Below are positions 62,156 through 64,000 of a stretch of DNA of 64,000 nt, piece by piece (within the stretch, counting starts at the first letter, position 1; each line of letters opens with the position of its first letter). The DNA comes from Mobula hypostoma. Taxonomy: Eukaryota. Under the pieces are notes generated by a model. The model was not told where the DNA came from. It made no database searches and was given only the letters and a program-made list of their open reading frames with translations. Location of the stretch: contig NC_086107.1 in the NCBI RefSeq assembly GCF_963921235.1, forward strand, positions 100,876,001 to 100,940,000, in the 5' to 3' direction. A program made the translations under genes and the position numbers.

Positions 62156-64000
62156 GCTTGGAAGGATATGGGCCAAATGTGGGCAAATTGGATGAGCTTG
62201 AATGGGTGTCTTTGTTGGTGTGGACCAGATGGGCTGAAGGGCCTCTTCCCATGCTCTGAGTACAATGGAATGGGATTTCAGAGGCGGGTAATGAGACCAT
62301 GGGTGCCTCTGATACTTGCTGGTTACTGGTCAGACAAATTCACCATCTAAACTTGGTACCATTGTCCAGTGGGGTCACTGGGAGGGAAGAATCAGTGAAA
62401 TACAGAATAAAGAAGATAACTATAAGTTAGCAGTAATTCAACCTCAAAGGAAGATTCCAGCCATGACATTTGAGCAGGCCTAAAGTTACTACTTCAAGTA
62501 GCTGTAATTTTTAATTGAAAGGATTTAACAAGTACAGAGTAATTGTTCCTTTGATGTTATTTTTCTTTCTGATGGTTGTCTGGAGGTTACGGTAGAACTA
62601 AAATATTAGTTAGACCTCAGCTGAATTACTGCATACAGCTCTGGTTGTCACACAGCAGGAAGGATGTAACTGAAATAGAATGGGTGTGGAGGAGACTCTC
62701 TGAGATCTTGTCTGGGATGAAGGGCTTCAGTTCTGAGCAGAGATTGGATAGGCTGGCTTTCAAAGTTCAAACTAAATTTATTATCGAAGTTACATCACCC
62801 TGTACTATCCTGAGATTCATTTTCTTACAGGTGATCACAGTAGAACAAAGAAGTAAAATACAATCAATGAAAAACTACATGCAAACGAAGGCTGACAAGC
62901 AACTGATGTGCAACAGACAATCTGTGCAAATACCTGTAGTAATAATAGTAATAAATAACTACAGAGAGAACGTGAGCTGTTGAGTCCATAGGTTGTGAAA
63001 TGAAAGTGAGTGAAGTTATCCACGCTGGTCCAGGAGCCTGATGGTTGAAGGGTAATTATTGCTCTTGAACCTGGTGGTGTGGGACCTAAGGCTCCAGTAC
63101 CTCCTACCTGTTTTCCTTGAAGTTCAGGAGGGACATGATGGAAGGACAGGATATTATGAAGGGCACAGATAGGATAGACACCTCATAACAAGGGAACAGT
63201 TCCAATAACAGGAGGACAATAGGTCTAAGGAAGTTAGCAGGGACTTGAGGAAAGGCTTCTTCACCCAGAAAAGTGATTGAAATCTGGAACGCACTGGCGG
63301 CAGTGGTGGTGGAGGCAGGTACTTCTCACAACATTGAGGAAGTATTTAGATAAGCAATTGAAATTCCACGGCTCAAAGGCAAGTACTGGGAGATGGGATC
63401 AGGAGGGTGAGGTGCTGACATGGAAGTAATAGGCAGTTAATTGAGCACATTGATTACACATTGCTCTGCGACGACACTGGTGCCAAGCTGTATGGGTCCT
63501 AATGCCCTTCCCTTGGACAATATTGGTGTTGTGGAGAGGGGAGACTTGCAGCATGGGCAACTGCTGGTCTTCCATACAACCTTGCCCAGGCCTGCACCCT
63601 GGAGAGTGAAGACTTTCCAGGCGCAGATCCATGGTCTCGCAAGGCTAACGGATGCCTATAATAGGCAGTAGGGTCTGCTAGTGTATGACTCTATGAGCGG
63701 TTTACAAATATGCCCACAGAGAAGACCTGTGCCTCCAGCATTTATTACTTCAACGTGAACCAAAAACTTCACACTATACGGTACAGTGTTAACGTTGTGG
63801 TTAACCAACCTGGCTGCTAACCCGGAAACCGACAGTTCCGAGACCCAAATTCATGATCCCACCATGACAGCTGTGCAATTTGAGTTTCACTAAGCATCTC
63901 AAGTTTGGGTAAAGGGTTGATTGTAATGATGGTGACTGGATTTTTATAAAGCACCATCTGTCAGCCTTGCCCGGTTTGGCCGATATGAGACTCCAGACAC

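Overview
This is repeat-rich vertebrate genomic DNA, most likely from a cartilaginous fish such as a ray (inferred from the repeat families). The + strand carries a complete 6-exon NOL12 gene (CDS 1807-28834, 645 nt, 214 aa, all GT-AG introns in consistent phase). About 5.7 kb downstream is the first coding exon of TRIOBP, and the rest of the window appears to be its first intron. Introns are filled with RTE, CR1, Rex1/Babar and L1/Tx1 LINE fragments, tRNA-derived SINEs, hAT and Tc1/mariner transposons and MITEs. The most interesting content is roughly 18 Penelope-like (GIY-YIG) remnants carrying a minimal type I hammerhead ribozyme. Several are tail-out palindromes with 11-16 bp target-site duplications (TSDs), and their 5' breakpoints cluster on the ribozyme, one exactly at the predicted cleavage site. 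Also notable: an RTE LINE with a TSD-bounded 5' inversion (twin-priming signature), and an inverted RTE pair bracketing NOL12 exon 2. Boundaries of old repeats are approximate.
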